DNA of 64,000 nucleotides from Eledone cirrhosa (lineage: Eukaryota): NCBI GenBank assembly GCA_964016885.1, contig OZ024746.1, positions 4,898,001 through 4,962,000 on the forward strand. The letters run 5' to 3'. Positions 25,773 to 37,363 of the stretch are shown here, piece after piece. Every line of letters starts with the position of its first letter. The first letter of the stretch is position 1. Position numbers and translations under genes: made by a program. Under the pieces are notes generated by a model. That model made no database searches. It saw only the letters and a program-made list of their open reading frames with translations, and was not told the origin of the DNA.

Positions 25773-26110
25773 ATAACTTCAGTCAGAAAGTTCAGTTCTA
25801 GCAAAGGTTGGTAGATTGGCACAATTGATAGACTCTCAGACAAAATACTATTGTGGGATTTGTTCTTGCTCTTTACATTCTCAGTTCAAATTCCATTGAT
25901 CAACTTTACCTTTCATCCTTCCAGGTGGGTTGATAGAGTTAACTTTACCTTTCATCCTTCTAGGATCAATAAAATAAAGTTGATCAATGGAATTTGAACT
26001 GAGAATGTAAAGAGCAAGAACAAATCCCACAATAGTATTTTGTCTGAGAGTCTATCAATTGTGCCAATCTACCAACCTTTGCTAGAGCTGAACTTTCTGA
26101 CTGAAGTTAT
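25773..26110. repeat. Long inverted repeat (136-bp arms, 66-nt spacer)
   Basis: 25773-25908 is the reverse complement of 25975-26110 with one mismatch. Confidence 0.95.
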
Positions 26111-26422
26111 TAGAAATTATTCAGCATTCTGGGCTCATGATTGTAAAGTCATGAGTTCAATTCCTAGGCCATTGTGTCCTTGAGCAAGACACTTTATTTC
26201 ATGTTACTTCAGTTCTGGCAAAAGTGAGTTGTACCTGTAATTCAAGGGACTAGCCTTGTCACACACTGTTTCATGCTGAATTTCCCTAAAAACTATGTCG
26301 AGGGTGTCATGTCTGTGGAATGCTCAGCCACTTGTTAATTTCACAAGCAGGCAGTTCTGTTCAAACAACTGAGGCACTCATCATGGAAACCCTTAGATGT
26401 CCAACAACAACCAGATTACATA

Positions 26423-26766
26423 CTCTCAGGTCTCAAATAATAAGGGGAGGGGGTAAATAAGTGGGAGTGGGGAATTGGGAATTTTTCTAGGTTGTCTTCA
26501 TTGATTTTTTTAAAAACCAGAATTAGTCATTTAATTTACATATTGAGACCCCAACCCATCCTATTTATTTTATAACATATGGGATTTCTTGTAATGTACT
26601 TTGTTTGTCATGTATAATGTTTTTTAATGTATAAAGAAAATTGTCAAAGGAATGCTACCACTTAAAATAAAATTTTATCGGAGATAGATTAACAAAATTT
26701 AATAAGGAAGGGGATCTAAAAAATGAATAAGCAAGTGTGAGGGGGAGATTATTGGAGACCTGTGAG
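26423..26766. mobile_element. TA-flanked MITE (Tc1/mariner superfamily-like)
   Basis: TA|ctctcaggtctcaaataat ... attattggagacctgtgag|TA; partial relatives at about 860-960, 17750-17965 and 20513-20895. Confidence 0.7.
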
Positions 26767-26898
26767 TATGTAGTTGTTCTTGTCAACAAAGCTTCCCCTC
26801 TTATATATTCTTATGTAACACTTCAATTTATTAATACTGTTAATCCCTTATATTCTTTTATAACACAGCTGAAACCTGTATCTATCTATCTATATATA

Positions 26899-27348
26899 TG
26901 GTGGCTATGGTGGACGAGATTGAAAGGACTGAGGACAGATGCCTTTCTCTCCAGACAACAATTGATTCCCGTCTTTAAGTATCACTTTAGAAGGAGAATC
27001 AGAGTGGAAAGGCACTGCACCCCGGTAAATTTACTGAAAGGTGGGTGAATGAAGCGAAAATGGCCCTAGTGATTGGGCCTTCTCTGTTTATAAGCCTGTA
27101 GGTTAAAGAAGAGAGCAAAAGGGAAAAAGGAGCGCTTGCACGACGCGCTCCTGGAGTTGAGGGTTGTTCTATCGATGGAGTATTAAACAACCCATTTGTG
27201 GCGCCTCCCCCCTAGTGGGGGTTTCAATTGTTGTAATTGTTTGTTTTTATATTTTTTACACGACTATGTAAAATCCCCGGCATGTCTTTGTATTGTCCCC
27301 TTTTCTTGTGCGCTCTTGTGGCTAATAAAGAAATATATCTCTATAACA
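26899..27348 (+). mobile_element. Solo-LTR-like segment
   Basis: TG...ataACA ends, TATAAG near 27089, AATAAA near 27324, raised GC/CpG content, adjoining a (TA) tract. Confidence 0.4.
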
Positions 27349-27874
27349 CAACTGCTTCCTTCAACAGCTAAGCTGTTCATTGAAATTTTCAGTGAATTCA
27401 TGCAATCCTCACCTCTCGTACTATAATTCCAAAATATGAAAAATTTGAAGCAAGTTCTTGTTGTTTAGATCTGATCTGATGAAGCAGGCTTATGATCTGA
27501 AGTGTTTGTGACTGTTTGAAAGCACAATATATCCAGAACCACATTATCCAATGTGTACTTCCTTTTTTAGAAGAGTAAGGGAGATTTGACTGCTATTTCT
27601 AGTAGACCAAATGTCATGTAGAGGCTCTTTTGTTCGCTTGTTGAAGACAGATATTTAAATGATATGCTTAAAGTTATTAAATAAGTTTTGAAAACATTTT
27701 TCCAATGTTTTATCTCTTGTTTGATCTTGTTTTTGTAAACTATTAGACTTTCAAAACAGTTCAATGATAGATTATCATCAACTCCAACATTCGTTGTTTC
27801 TCTACATTCAGGCTGTTTGGTCAGACCTTTATCACATATTTACTAAGTCTGATAGTTGGACATAAACATGTTAA

Positions 27875-28086
27875 CCCTTTAGCATTTAAACCGGCCATAT
27901 CTGGCCAGAATTCTCTCACCTTTTTCTCTTGAAACCAGTTGTAACTGGCCACTCACTCATACTGACGTTAAGGTATTGTTCTCAAAATAAGTAATATCAA
28001 AATCTTATAGATTTGATATTATGTAAGATAAGGCCTTTACTGCCAAAATACAATTGTAAATATAGAGTAATATAAATGCTAAAGGG
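27875..28086. mobile_element. piggyBac-type MITE
   Basis: TTAA|ccctttagcatt ... aatgctaaaggg|TTAA; related copy with an extra inverted end at 41501-41822. Confidence 0.75.
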
Positions 28087-29224
28087 TTAAATATGGTATA
28101 TAACAACCAATAAAATTCTCAAACATAGATTGAGATAGATCAGGTTAAAATTGTAAACATGTTTTTCTATAAGTATTACATCTTCCACAATTAACTAACT
28201 CTTATTTCTACAATAGCCCCTTGTTCTATTAAACGCTCAGGAAACATTAACAAAATAATGAAAGAAACATTTGTACTAACTTTACATAAATTACAGCTGG
28301 TAGAGTTGATAGATAATCATAGCTCATATCGCATCATTGACTGTGTTCAAGGCTAGGACTTGAATCTCTGGCTGGTCCAGTTCAGTAGGCTATAAATAAA
28401 GTTTAGTGTAGGGTAAAAAATCAACAATTTGAGGAAACTGGCAAAGATTTGCATCAGTAACAATAATGATTTTAGTTTTGGCACAAGGCCAGCAATTTGA
28501 GGGTGGGAGTTGATTAAATCAACTTAACCCTGAAAGTGGAGGTGTATAGCCTAGTAATAAGGGTGTAGGACTGACGATCATAATGTTGTGGGTTCGATTC
28601 CTGGGCTGGGTTGCGTTCTTGAACAAAACACATCATTTCACATTGCTTCAGTATACTCAGCTGTAAATAAGTACCAGCAATAGCTGGGGGTTTAACCCTG
28701 TGATGAGCCTCCTGGCTTTAGAACCAGGGAAGGATGAATGTTGATCTTGGCAGGATTTGAACTCAGAATATAAAGAGCCAGAGCAATGCAAAACATTTGC
28801 CTGATACTCTAACAACTCTGCCAATCCACTGCCCATCAGTAATAATAATAATAGCAACTCCAAAGGAGAGTAACAATAAGTTTTGTTGTCATGAGGGGCG
28901 GGGGTAAAAAATTACTTTTCAAGCAACATAACTTTCAATTTATCTACACTCAGTTGAAGGACACACAGACACACACATATACATATACATATATATATAT
29001 ATATATATATCTCTCTATATATATATATATATATTGTTATACTTGGAGAGGATCATATTGTTGTAATAATATTGACAGAAATAATAACAGAACACACTCA
29101 CTGTTTGGTTGGTTTTCGCTTCTGTGTCTTTTATATCAGTTAATTTATTCGGTCCTCAATGTTTACCATTGACTGACCAACGGTCAAAAATACAGATATA
29201 GTATAGACACAAACACATATATAT

Positions 29225-29690
29225 AGTCTAACAAAGTTCATTCGTTGCACATCTGCAACATCGTCAGTGGTGCTATTATGTTCCTCCTGTTGTATTGTAT
29301 GCCTACGCCATCTTTATTTAATCTGTTTATTTATTTTTGTCTTCTCTGCGCATGTGTATAGTGTTTGGCGTGTGTTCGCGTTTGGGTGACTGTGTTGTGG
29401 TTATCATAGTTTACTAGTGTGTGTTTATATGTGTTTGTTGTTATTGTGCTTGTGTATATATTTATTTATATTTCTCTAAGGTCAGCATTGTTTGTTTGGG
29501 TGTTGTTATTCCATTCATTTTTTCTGTTTAGCTTTGGCCTTCTAAGTTCTATTTCACTGGCCTCTCTGTTCTGTTATTAATTCTGGCAATATTATTACAA
29601 CAATATGACCCTCCCCAAGTATAACAATATTTGTTTCGACACTATTTCATATCAAAAGCCTCGCAAAACAAATTCATCACCGTCATATAT
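29225..29690 (-). mobile_element. Penelope-like retroelement 3' remnant
   Basis: Minus strand 29567-29511 reads REASEIELRRPKLNRKNEW, resembling the E..I....P.LN end of PLE GIY-YIG endonucleases; degenerate hammerhead cores at 29241-29267 and about 29633-29680; 64-bp segment duplicated in inverted orientation at 29031-29094. Confidence 0.55.
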
Positions 29691-29746
29691 ATACATATAT
29701 ATATAGTGAGATATGGAAATCTATATCTCACTTCTTCTTCAAATAC

Positions 29747-29821
29747 ATTTCATTCTGATGAACGATTTCAGACGTCTGTGTCGAGCTCGTCTGTCTTCGT
29801 GAAACCTTTGGTAAATGGAAT
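29747..29821 (+). ncRNA. Type I hammerhead ribozyme (Penelope-like-element type)
   Basis: Stem I AUUUCAUU/AAUGGAAU; core CUGAUGA 29755-29761; stem II ACGA/UCGU extended by CAGACG/CGUCUG; GAAA 29801-29804; stem III ACC-uuu-GGU; GUA cleavage triplet 29811-29813. Confidence 0.78.
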
Positions 29822-30081
29822 AATTGTCTTACGTTGTTTATTACATAACTAAATAGCTCTGTAGCCTACATAGAGCACTCTCCTTTCCTTTACCTTTCCT
29901 TTGGAAACACTATATATATATATATATAAGGGCATCCAGCTGTAGAAATCAAGCCAGATCAGTTCCTGTATGAGCAAGGCATGGTCAGCCGACCAGACAC
30001 TGCACACAACAGGACAACCCGTCTAACCCATGCTAGCGTGGAAGAACGGACGTAAAACGGTAATGATGATGATGATATATA

Positions 30082-30208
30082 TATTAAAATAACAGATTAA
30101 AGTTTAAGCAAAGAATCGCTGCTTTCACCCTTAATGGGATCTTCAGAAGATCCCGTTAAGGGTGAAAGCAGCGATTCTTTGCTTAAACTTTAATCTGTTA
30201 TTTTAATA
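30082..30208. repeat. Near-perfect 127-bp palindrome
   Basis: 63-bp arms around A30145 with one mismatch. Confidence 0.95.
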
Positions 30209-30315
30209 AATTTTGGCTCTACGGTTTTATATATTTTATATATATTACCCTTATCGAGCACTCTTCGGATTTTAGTCTTCACATTTATTATTATTACTAT
30301 TATATATATATATAT

Positions 30316-31045
30316 CATCATCATCATCATCATCATCATCACTGTTTTACGTCCGTTCTTCCATGCTAGCATGGGTTAGACGGGTTGTCCTGTTGTGGGC
30401 TGTGTCTGGTCGGCTGACCATGCCTTGCTCATACAGGAACTGATTTTGGCTTGATTTCTACAGCTGGATGCCCTTCCTAACACCAACCTCATTTACAGTG
30501 AGTGCTGGGTGCTTTTTTCCGTGGCACCTACACGTCCACTTTACAGTGGGCTGGGTGCTTTTTTGCCGTGGGACCTCCACGACCACTTTGCAGTGGGAGG
30601 GTGTGGGGGCATATTGTCTATATGCTTCAGCTTGTACCCATGGGAGGTCGGGTACTCTGTATTACTGCGTGACGCCAGATGTCACGGTCGTGTGTCATCG
30701 CCTTTGAGAGGTGTAATTGGGTAAGGTCGGCTTTTATCACCTCATCCCAGGTCTTCTTGGGTCTCCCCACTCCGCGGTTTCCAATGACTTCTAGTGCTCT
30801 GCACCTTTTTATGCAGCTGTCATCCTTCATACGCATCACATGTCCATACCAACGCAACCGCCTCTTATGCTCAGTCTCTCTGTCAATTCATTTATGCTTT
30901 GCCGTTCGCATATTACACATCCATCGGAGCATGCAGGCTTCGTTTCTTTCTAATCTATGTAAGTCTTCCACCTTCAGCGCCCAGGTCTCACTACCATGTA
31001 ACATTGCTGTTCGCATACACGCATCATACAGTCTGCCTTTCATTC
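30316..31045 (-). mobile_element. RTE-clade LINE 3' fragment with (GAT)n tail
   Basis: RWYGHVMRMKDDSCIKRC...GVGRPKKTWDEVIKADL is the RTE C-terminal motif; 3' UTR ends in GAT repeats. Related copies at about 1638-2090, 37364-37735, 50253-51058, 59831-60405 and 63261-63787. Confidence 0.85.
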
Positions 31046-31100
31046 AATTATATATATATATATTATATATATATATATAATATATATGTGTGTGTGTGTA

Positions 31101-31195
31101 TAGGGTGTCCCCCAAAAATGTATACACACTTCAACAGCATTCTAATCAATATTGCATGTAATCAAAGTGGGTATACATTTTTGGGGGACAATCTG
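31101..31195. mobile_element. Short Tc1/mariner-derived MITE
   Basis: tgtcccccaaaaatgtatac...gtatacatttttgggggaca inverted termini, TA flanks. Confidence 0.7.
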
Positions 31196-32135
31196 TATGT
31201 ATGTATGTATGTATATATATAGCCCCGGGTCAGTCATGATCTGCTATATCTATGATCAAAGTCATTCCAGCCATGGCCATCTTATCTTTTATCAGAACAC
31301 ATTAGACTGTACTATTTAATGTGTTCTTTCATTTTTTTTTTAATATGATAGGATGGGATTTGAGGGAGATTTCATTGCTATTTCTAGGCATATAAAAGCT
31401 CCCTGTTGACGTAGATAGTTTTCTAGTTATATGACCTCGTTTAGTGTTTAATTACGATATTGTAAAGCACTGACTTTCATGATTTTATCTTTGCTCATAG
31501 CAACTGAACCACAGTCAACTTTAAAAAAGATAATTTTAATAAGCCCTGACATATGTTAAGTACTCTCAAGTATATTGAGACAAGTTATATTTGTGCAGTT
31601 TTTTACCTTATCTTCATGGATTGATAGGTTTCTTTGGATAGCTAGGTCACTTATTAGTGCTGTCATCTAATATTTTCACTTTAGTATCCATTTATCAGCT
31701 ATTACAATCTGTCAAAGCCAATCATTATATTTCCGACTTTTCAACTAACATGGTATTGTATAATTTTCTTGTAAAAGTAGATATAAATTGACAGCCCTAA
31801 AGCCAGATTTCCCTCAATTCACATCTTATTGTCGTCTAAAACATAATGTCCCATTGAATAGTCACACAATCTGTATACTTTAGGCCTGCTCTGGAAAAGG
31901 GTTTTCTATGTTAACCTTTTAGTTACCAACCCAGCACAAGGGGAGTAGGGTGTTTTCCATTAAATCGACCCCAATGCATTACTGGTACATGATTTTTTTT
32001 GTATGTGAATATACAGATATACAAGGAAAGCAATGAAAATATTAATGATTTCTTTAATAACCAGAAAGGGTTTACAAAGAAAAACTTTAAGGACAGCATA
32101 GAACAGGACAGTACAGCACAGGACACTACAATGTA

Positions 32136-32303
32136 TCTCTATAGTGGAAACCTACCTCCTACTCTCTATAGTGCGGACCTACCTCCTACTCTCTATAGTG
32201 GGGACCTACCTCCTACTCTCTATAGTGGAGACCTACCTCCTACTCTCTATAGTGGAGACCTACTCCTATTCTCTATAGTGGAAACCTACCTCCTACTCTC
32301 TAT
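32136..32303. repeat. 27-bp minisatellite, about 6 copies
   Basis: ctctatagtggagacctacctcctact (LYSGDLPPT repeat). Confidence 0.9.
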
Positions 32304-33178
32304 ACTGTTGTCACAAGGTCATTTGGTAATTATAACTATACAGGTTGGAAAGGTAAAAGAAGGAAGGACACAACACATAACAACAGTTACTGCTGATGCT
32401 GGAGAACAGTGAGAGATATGTTATAATTGTATCACTGTATCCAATTAACTGTAGGACTCACTAGTAACAGAACGTGGGAGGTAAATATTGTTTTCAGGTA
32501 TGGTACAGGTAAGTTTACACTCAGCTAGCTGAATCTGAAAGTTGGATTTGATTCCACTTCACTTATGTCCCTAATGCTCTTGAGTAAAGCTTTTGAGGTC
32601 ATACAATCTCTTTCACATGTCTTTATAGTTGTAGGTTATAAAGTTACAATAATGTTTTATTGTAGTATCATTAACATTTTGATGAAACAACACAAGAAAG
32701 AAATATAAAAAGAAAATGAAATAAAATCCTATCCATGTAACACTGGCAACAGCCATTAGAGAATAACAATGAGAGAGAGAGGCTGGTATAGATGAGGAAG
32801 AAATAAATGACTAATTAGTTATTATTTATTCCTCGTGACTAAAACCTGTATTATCTACATCAGTAAAACAACTTGTTATTAATTTGTTATGGAGACAATG
32901 GATTAGTAGGTACAGAATGTTAAAAGTTAACCAGTAATAATTTTATTAACTTATATTGATTTATCATCATTTTAATATCTCTTCATGTCTGGGTTAGATC
33001 TGTCAACTGGTATAAAAATTAAACTACACCAAAATAAAACTACTTTGTCTTACTTTGTGGACTGAAGATGGTATGGTGAGGATTTGAGCAAAACATAGTG
33101 ACAAATAAAGTGGAAATTTGGCAGTCATTAGAATGTCAGATAGAATGCTTTGCCAAATTCCAAACTCCATTGCTCCAA

Positions 33179-33212
<34 letters not shown>

Positions 33213-33501
33213 CTCTCTCAACTGCTATTTGCAGAAGAGATACATTGAAACTCTCATTTACCTTTTCCCAAGCATAAACCTAATAAGATTTTGTTTTATT
33301 GCCTCTCTGTGTTCTTCAACTATATATACATATCATCATCATCGTTTAATGTCTATCTTCCGCGCTAGCATGGGTTTATATATATATATAAACATAAACA
33401 ACTCTTTGCTTTTGTTCCGATTGTCTTTGATTCTTTTCCTAAGTTATTATATTTCATTTTTGTATGTTCTCTCTTCTTTCTTCAATAGACATACTATCAA
33501 A

Positions 33502-33667
33502 ATGAAAGCTGCTTTGACATGTCCATATTTGACCAAGTTCTCTATTGGCTACATCCGCCAACATGCACCACAGGTGCTAAGCAATATCAACCGTTGTCCT
33601 TATGCTGGCAGTGTCTCTCATTACTCTTCAAGTCTGCAACAGCAACTTGAGAGTGTTTCAACTGAAG
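33502..33667 (+). CDS. ALAS: 5-aminolevulinate synthase, first coding exon (exon starts 33489; mitochondrial presequence with heme regulatory motifs 1 and 2)
   Basis: Pyrimidine tract ending tcaatAG at 33487-33488; AAAATG start at 33502; MKAALTCPYLTKF...INRCPYAG...STE has two CP motifs (C7, C32) like the animal ALAS N-terminus; donor G|gtaagt at 33668 (phase 1). Confidence 0.88.
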
Positions 33668-35100
33668 GTAAGTCACACCTAAAATATTGATTGTGTCTTA
33701 TCATCACTACTTCCACTTTTCTGTGCATGGGCTGGAGTAAGAGTTTCTGAGGCAAGTTTTTGTAAGGCTGATCGGAGGTCGAGGCCACCAAACCTCGCTG
33801 GTTGTGCTGTAAAGTAGGAGTTCGACATATTACCATTTAGGTAGATGTATTAACTTTATTAAATGTCACTCTACAATGTTAACCAGTTGTCAGCTTTGGG
33901 GAGTCATCAGTGTAACAAATGAAGCACATTAAATGAAAGTAGTGAAGTTATTGCAGTGGAACTGTGAGATGAAAATGTTGACACAAAGAAATAAATGGTA
34001 TTATAAAGTAAATTTAACAGGTTTTTAAATGTGTGTTTTTCAATGGCTAAAAATGACACTTCCATAATTGCTCAGTCTTAGATCAAGTCACTTACCAAAC
34101 ATGTACAATTGTAGCTAATATGACACTTCTATGATGTAATTTCTCAGTCTCAAATCAAGTCAACAGACATGTACAATTGTAGCTAATATGACACTTCTAT
34201 GATGTAATTGCTCGGTTTCAGATTAAATGAGATGATTGAAGTGTGAAAAACTTGACAGTATGTATATTTGACATAACTATTCATGAAGTTGTCATGGTGT
34301 TTACCTTTTGTTTAAGCCAAATTTAAGATATTTTTAGCAGTTAATTAACCAGTGTTTCACTAACAAATTATATTTCAATGGAAATGTGGTAGTTTTTCTA
34401 AATCGGATGTAAGCCATAACAATAACTGAGGATTATTTGAGTTTTATATTATTTTTTATATCATTGGGTACACCAATAATTTGACATTCTGTTTTGCTTC
34501 ACTAGTTTCTCTTTCATGTTTTGTTCCCCCCCCCTCTCTCTCTCTCCTTAATGACGATTACTATGGCTTTTGTCAAGTCAGATCTACTAGAGACCTGCTC
34601 TTATATGTCACTCACCAATGGATTCCCACCTTTGAGAATTTTATGAAAACCCTGTTTGACATGTGAACCATAGCTAAACCTTTTACTTATGACTTTAATC
34701 TGTCTATCATTCCTTGAACATTTAAGCCTTCCTTAAATTAACTATTCCATTACCATATTTTTAATGAAAGACACTTTCTGATAATATTTCTAATGAAAGA
34801 CATTTTCAGATAATTTTGAAAATAAGCAAGAATAGGAAAGGAATTTAGTCAAATAACTTTCTCGTTATTAAGCTGGTGTTTGGAATGTCATTTAACAAAG
34901 GTCTCTTTACATACAATTATAATGGGAACTTTTAGATAAATATAACCAATTTGGGGCAGTTTTGATAAACATTCTGCTTGATAAAAGCTAGGATTGACTC
35001 ACTGTATCATTGTGTACGGTAGCTGAATTACTTCAAAATAACACCTTAGTAGTTTAGCCTTATTCAATATTTCTGGCAAGTAACTATTATAATGACTGTA

Positions 35101-35289
35101 AGGGCGGTGAATTGGCAGTATCGATAGAGGGTTGGACGCCATGCTTTGCAGCAAAGAGTTATGGCCCTTTATGGTCTGAGTTCAAATACCGCTGAGGTTA
35201 ACTTTGCCTTTCATCCTCACGGGGTCGATAAAATAAAGTACCAGTAATACACTGGGATAATTGCTGGCCTTCTGCCAAAAGTAGAAACA
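35101..35289 (+). mobile_element. Full-length tRNA-derived SINE (family A) with target-site duplication
   Basis: A-box TGGCAGTATCGA, B-box GAGTTCAAATACC, body tttgcctttcatcc...gggtcgataaaataaagtacc; flanked by attataatgactgta (35086-35100) and attataatgaatgta (35290-35304). Other copies at 10141-10335, 10343-10525, 10931-11100, 11592-11975, 12382-12550, 13043-13175, 35522-35680 and 39011-39150. Confidence 0.85.
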
Positions 35290-35353
35290 ATTATAATGAA
35301 TGTAGCTAAATAAATCTTGCAAACGAAATATGACATTTTTTAAACTGTTATAG

Positions 35354-35467
35354 CTGTCCAAGCTGAGACTCCTTCAAAATGTCCTTTTGTGGCCAAGGAA
35401 AATCTACCAAGCAGCCAAAATTTGAAGGAAAATCTCCAGCAAAACATAAAAGCTGCAATAACTAAAG
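35354..35467 (+). CDS. ALAS: ALAS coding exon 2 (114 nt; contains third heme regulatory motif KCPF)
   Basis: Too short for the ORF track. tag|ctgtccaagct...; reads (A)VQAETPSKCPFVAKENLPSSQNLKENLQQNIKAAITK(V); donor G|gttagt at 35468; phase 1 in and out; SKCPF matches ALAS HRM3. Confidence 0.85.
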
Positions 35468-37363
35468 GTTAGTATTTGTTTGGTCTTCTTGTCATTTTTT
35501 TTTTTATTCCCTTCACTATATCAGACGCCATGCTTTGCGGCAGAGTTACAGCCCTTTATGATCTGAGTTCAAATTCTGTTGAGGTTAACTTTGCCTTTCA
35601 TCCTTACGGGGTCGATAAAATAATGTACCAGTAATGTACTGGGTAATTGCTGGCTTTGTGCCAAAAGTAGAAACAATTATTTAATATAGAAATGGCTTCT
35701 ACAGGACTAGAACTGCTGAAGGAAGCAGTTATAGTCCTGTAGAAGCCATTTCTATATTAAATAATAATGTTCATACTCTACTAATGTATTGAGTACCTTA
35801 CCCCCAATTTAACTCAGGATCAGTAAGGAACCTTGTTTGTATATATCATTGTCACCATTCTGGAGTTCCATGCTGGTATGGATTGAGACAAGACAAGTCA
35901 AATGGCCACATCTTACTCATACCTTCCAGGTTCTACAGCTAGATGCATTTTATTGTGGCACCAATATGAGTGCATTTTACCATAGCACCAGCGGTTCTGC
36001 TTTACAGAACACACAAAATGCAATTTTGGGGGTACCAGCACTACCACTTTACAGGGTGAACAGAGTGCATTTTGTCACAGAACCAGCACTACTACTTTAC
36101 AGAGTGTACAAGGCACATTTTATACCACTGGCAGTACAACTATACAGAGTGCACTGGATGCATCTTATCATGACACTAGCACTACCACTTTATAGAGTGT
36201 ACTGGGTATATTTTATCATGACACTGGTACTACCATTTTACAGAGTGTACTGGGTGTATTTTATCCTAGCAGCACTATGACAGTTGGGGGGGTGTCAGTC
36301 ACCACAAACATCATATTGACATCATTTATGAAACCTGAAATGACAGTTGTTTGAAACTATGTAAAAGTTTAATAACAAACAGAAGTATACAATAATGGAA
36401 GTATTTAAAAATCACTCCTAAACAATACAGACTGTATTAGTCGGGTGAGAAATGCCAGTGACATATACTTGAAATAAGGTGGAGGCACATGACTTTGTGT
36501 TTAGAGGTGGGGAACCTTTTCATGTTGAAAGGCCACATTAAGTTGTAATATAATAAAGCCACATTAAGTTGTAATATAATAAGGCCGCATTCAAGAAACA
36601 TTAATTATATATTCTTAAAATCTACATTATTTTGTAAAAATCTAATTACTATGTACTATCTAAAAACAAAGTCAATCAGGAATTTAATGAACATGCTAGA
36701 ATCACATTAGAACTAAAACATTGAGCGTAGAAAGTGCTGAAATGTCCCTTATGATCTACTAATTATTAAATTCTGGCTGTCTGTCAGTGTGGATTATTTC
36801 ATTAAATATTTTTATATATGTTTAAAATAAAGTTCTTTGTTGTTCATCTTTTTTATTCTTCACATTTACATAATTTCACAATGAAATAAGATCTATTTTT
36901 TTTTTATTTGTTCTACGTTTGCTTTTTTGTGGCAGATCTTCAAATTTTAACACTTAGATGAATGTTTATAAAATAATTTTTTTTTTTAAATAGTAAAAGT
37001 ATAACTAGATGTTTGTTCAGCACAAGAATATAATAGAGCTAACATTTCTTCAGAGAAGGAAGGAATCTGCCTGTGTAATGTTAAACATTTTATAATGTAT
37101 TGACTCTTGCCAAAGCAGACTACCACATGTCTCCTTGAATTCTAGTGATTACATCTATTTATAGCTACATGCCCTTCCAAACAACAAACTGCTGTTTTAT
37201 ACACTATTTTCTATGTCAGAAGACTTACAAGCCACCGCTATAGAGTAATTACTGTGGCAGGTTTTTAAACTGAGAGCCACAAATTATTGATCAGGATAAA
37301 ACAAAGATATTAACTTTTTTGATAACAACCTTCCTAACCCTAACCTTTATGTTACATAACACT

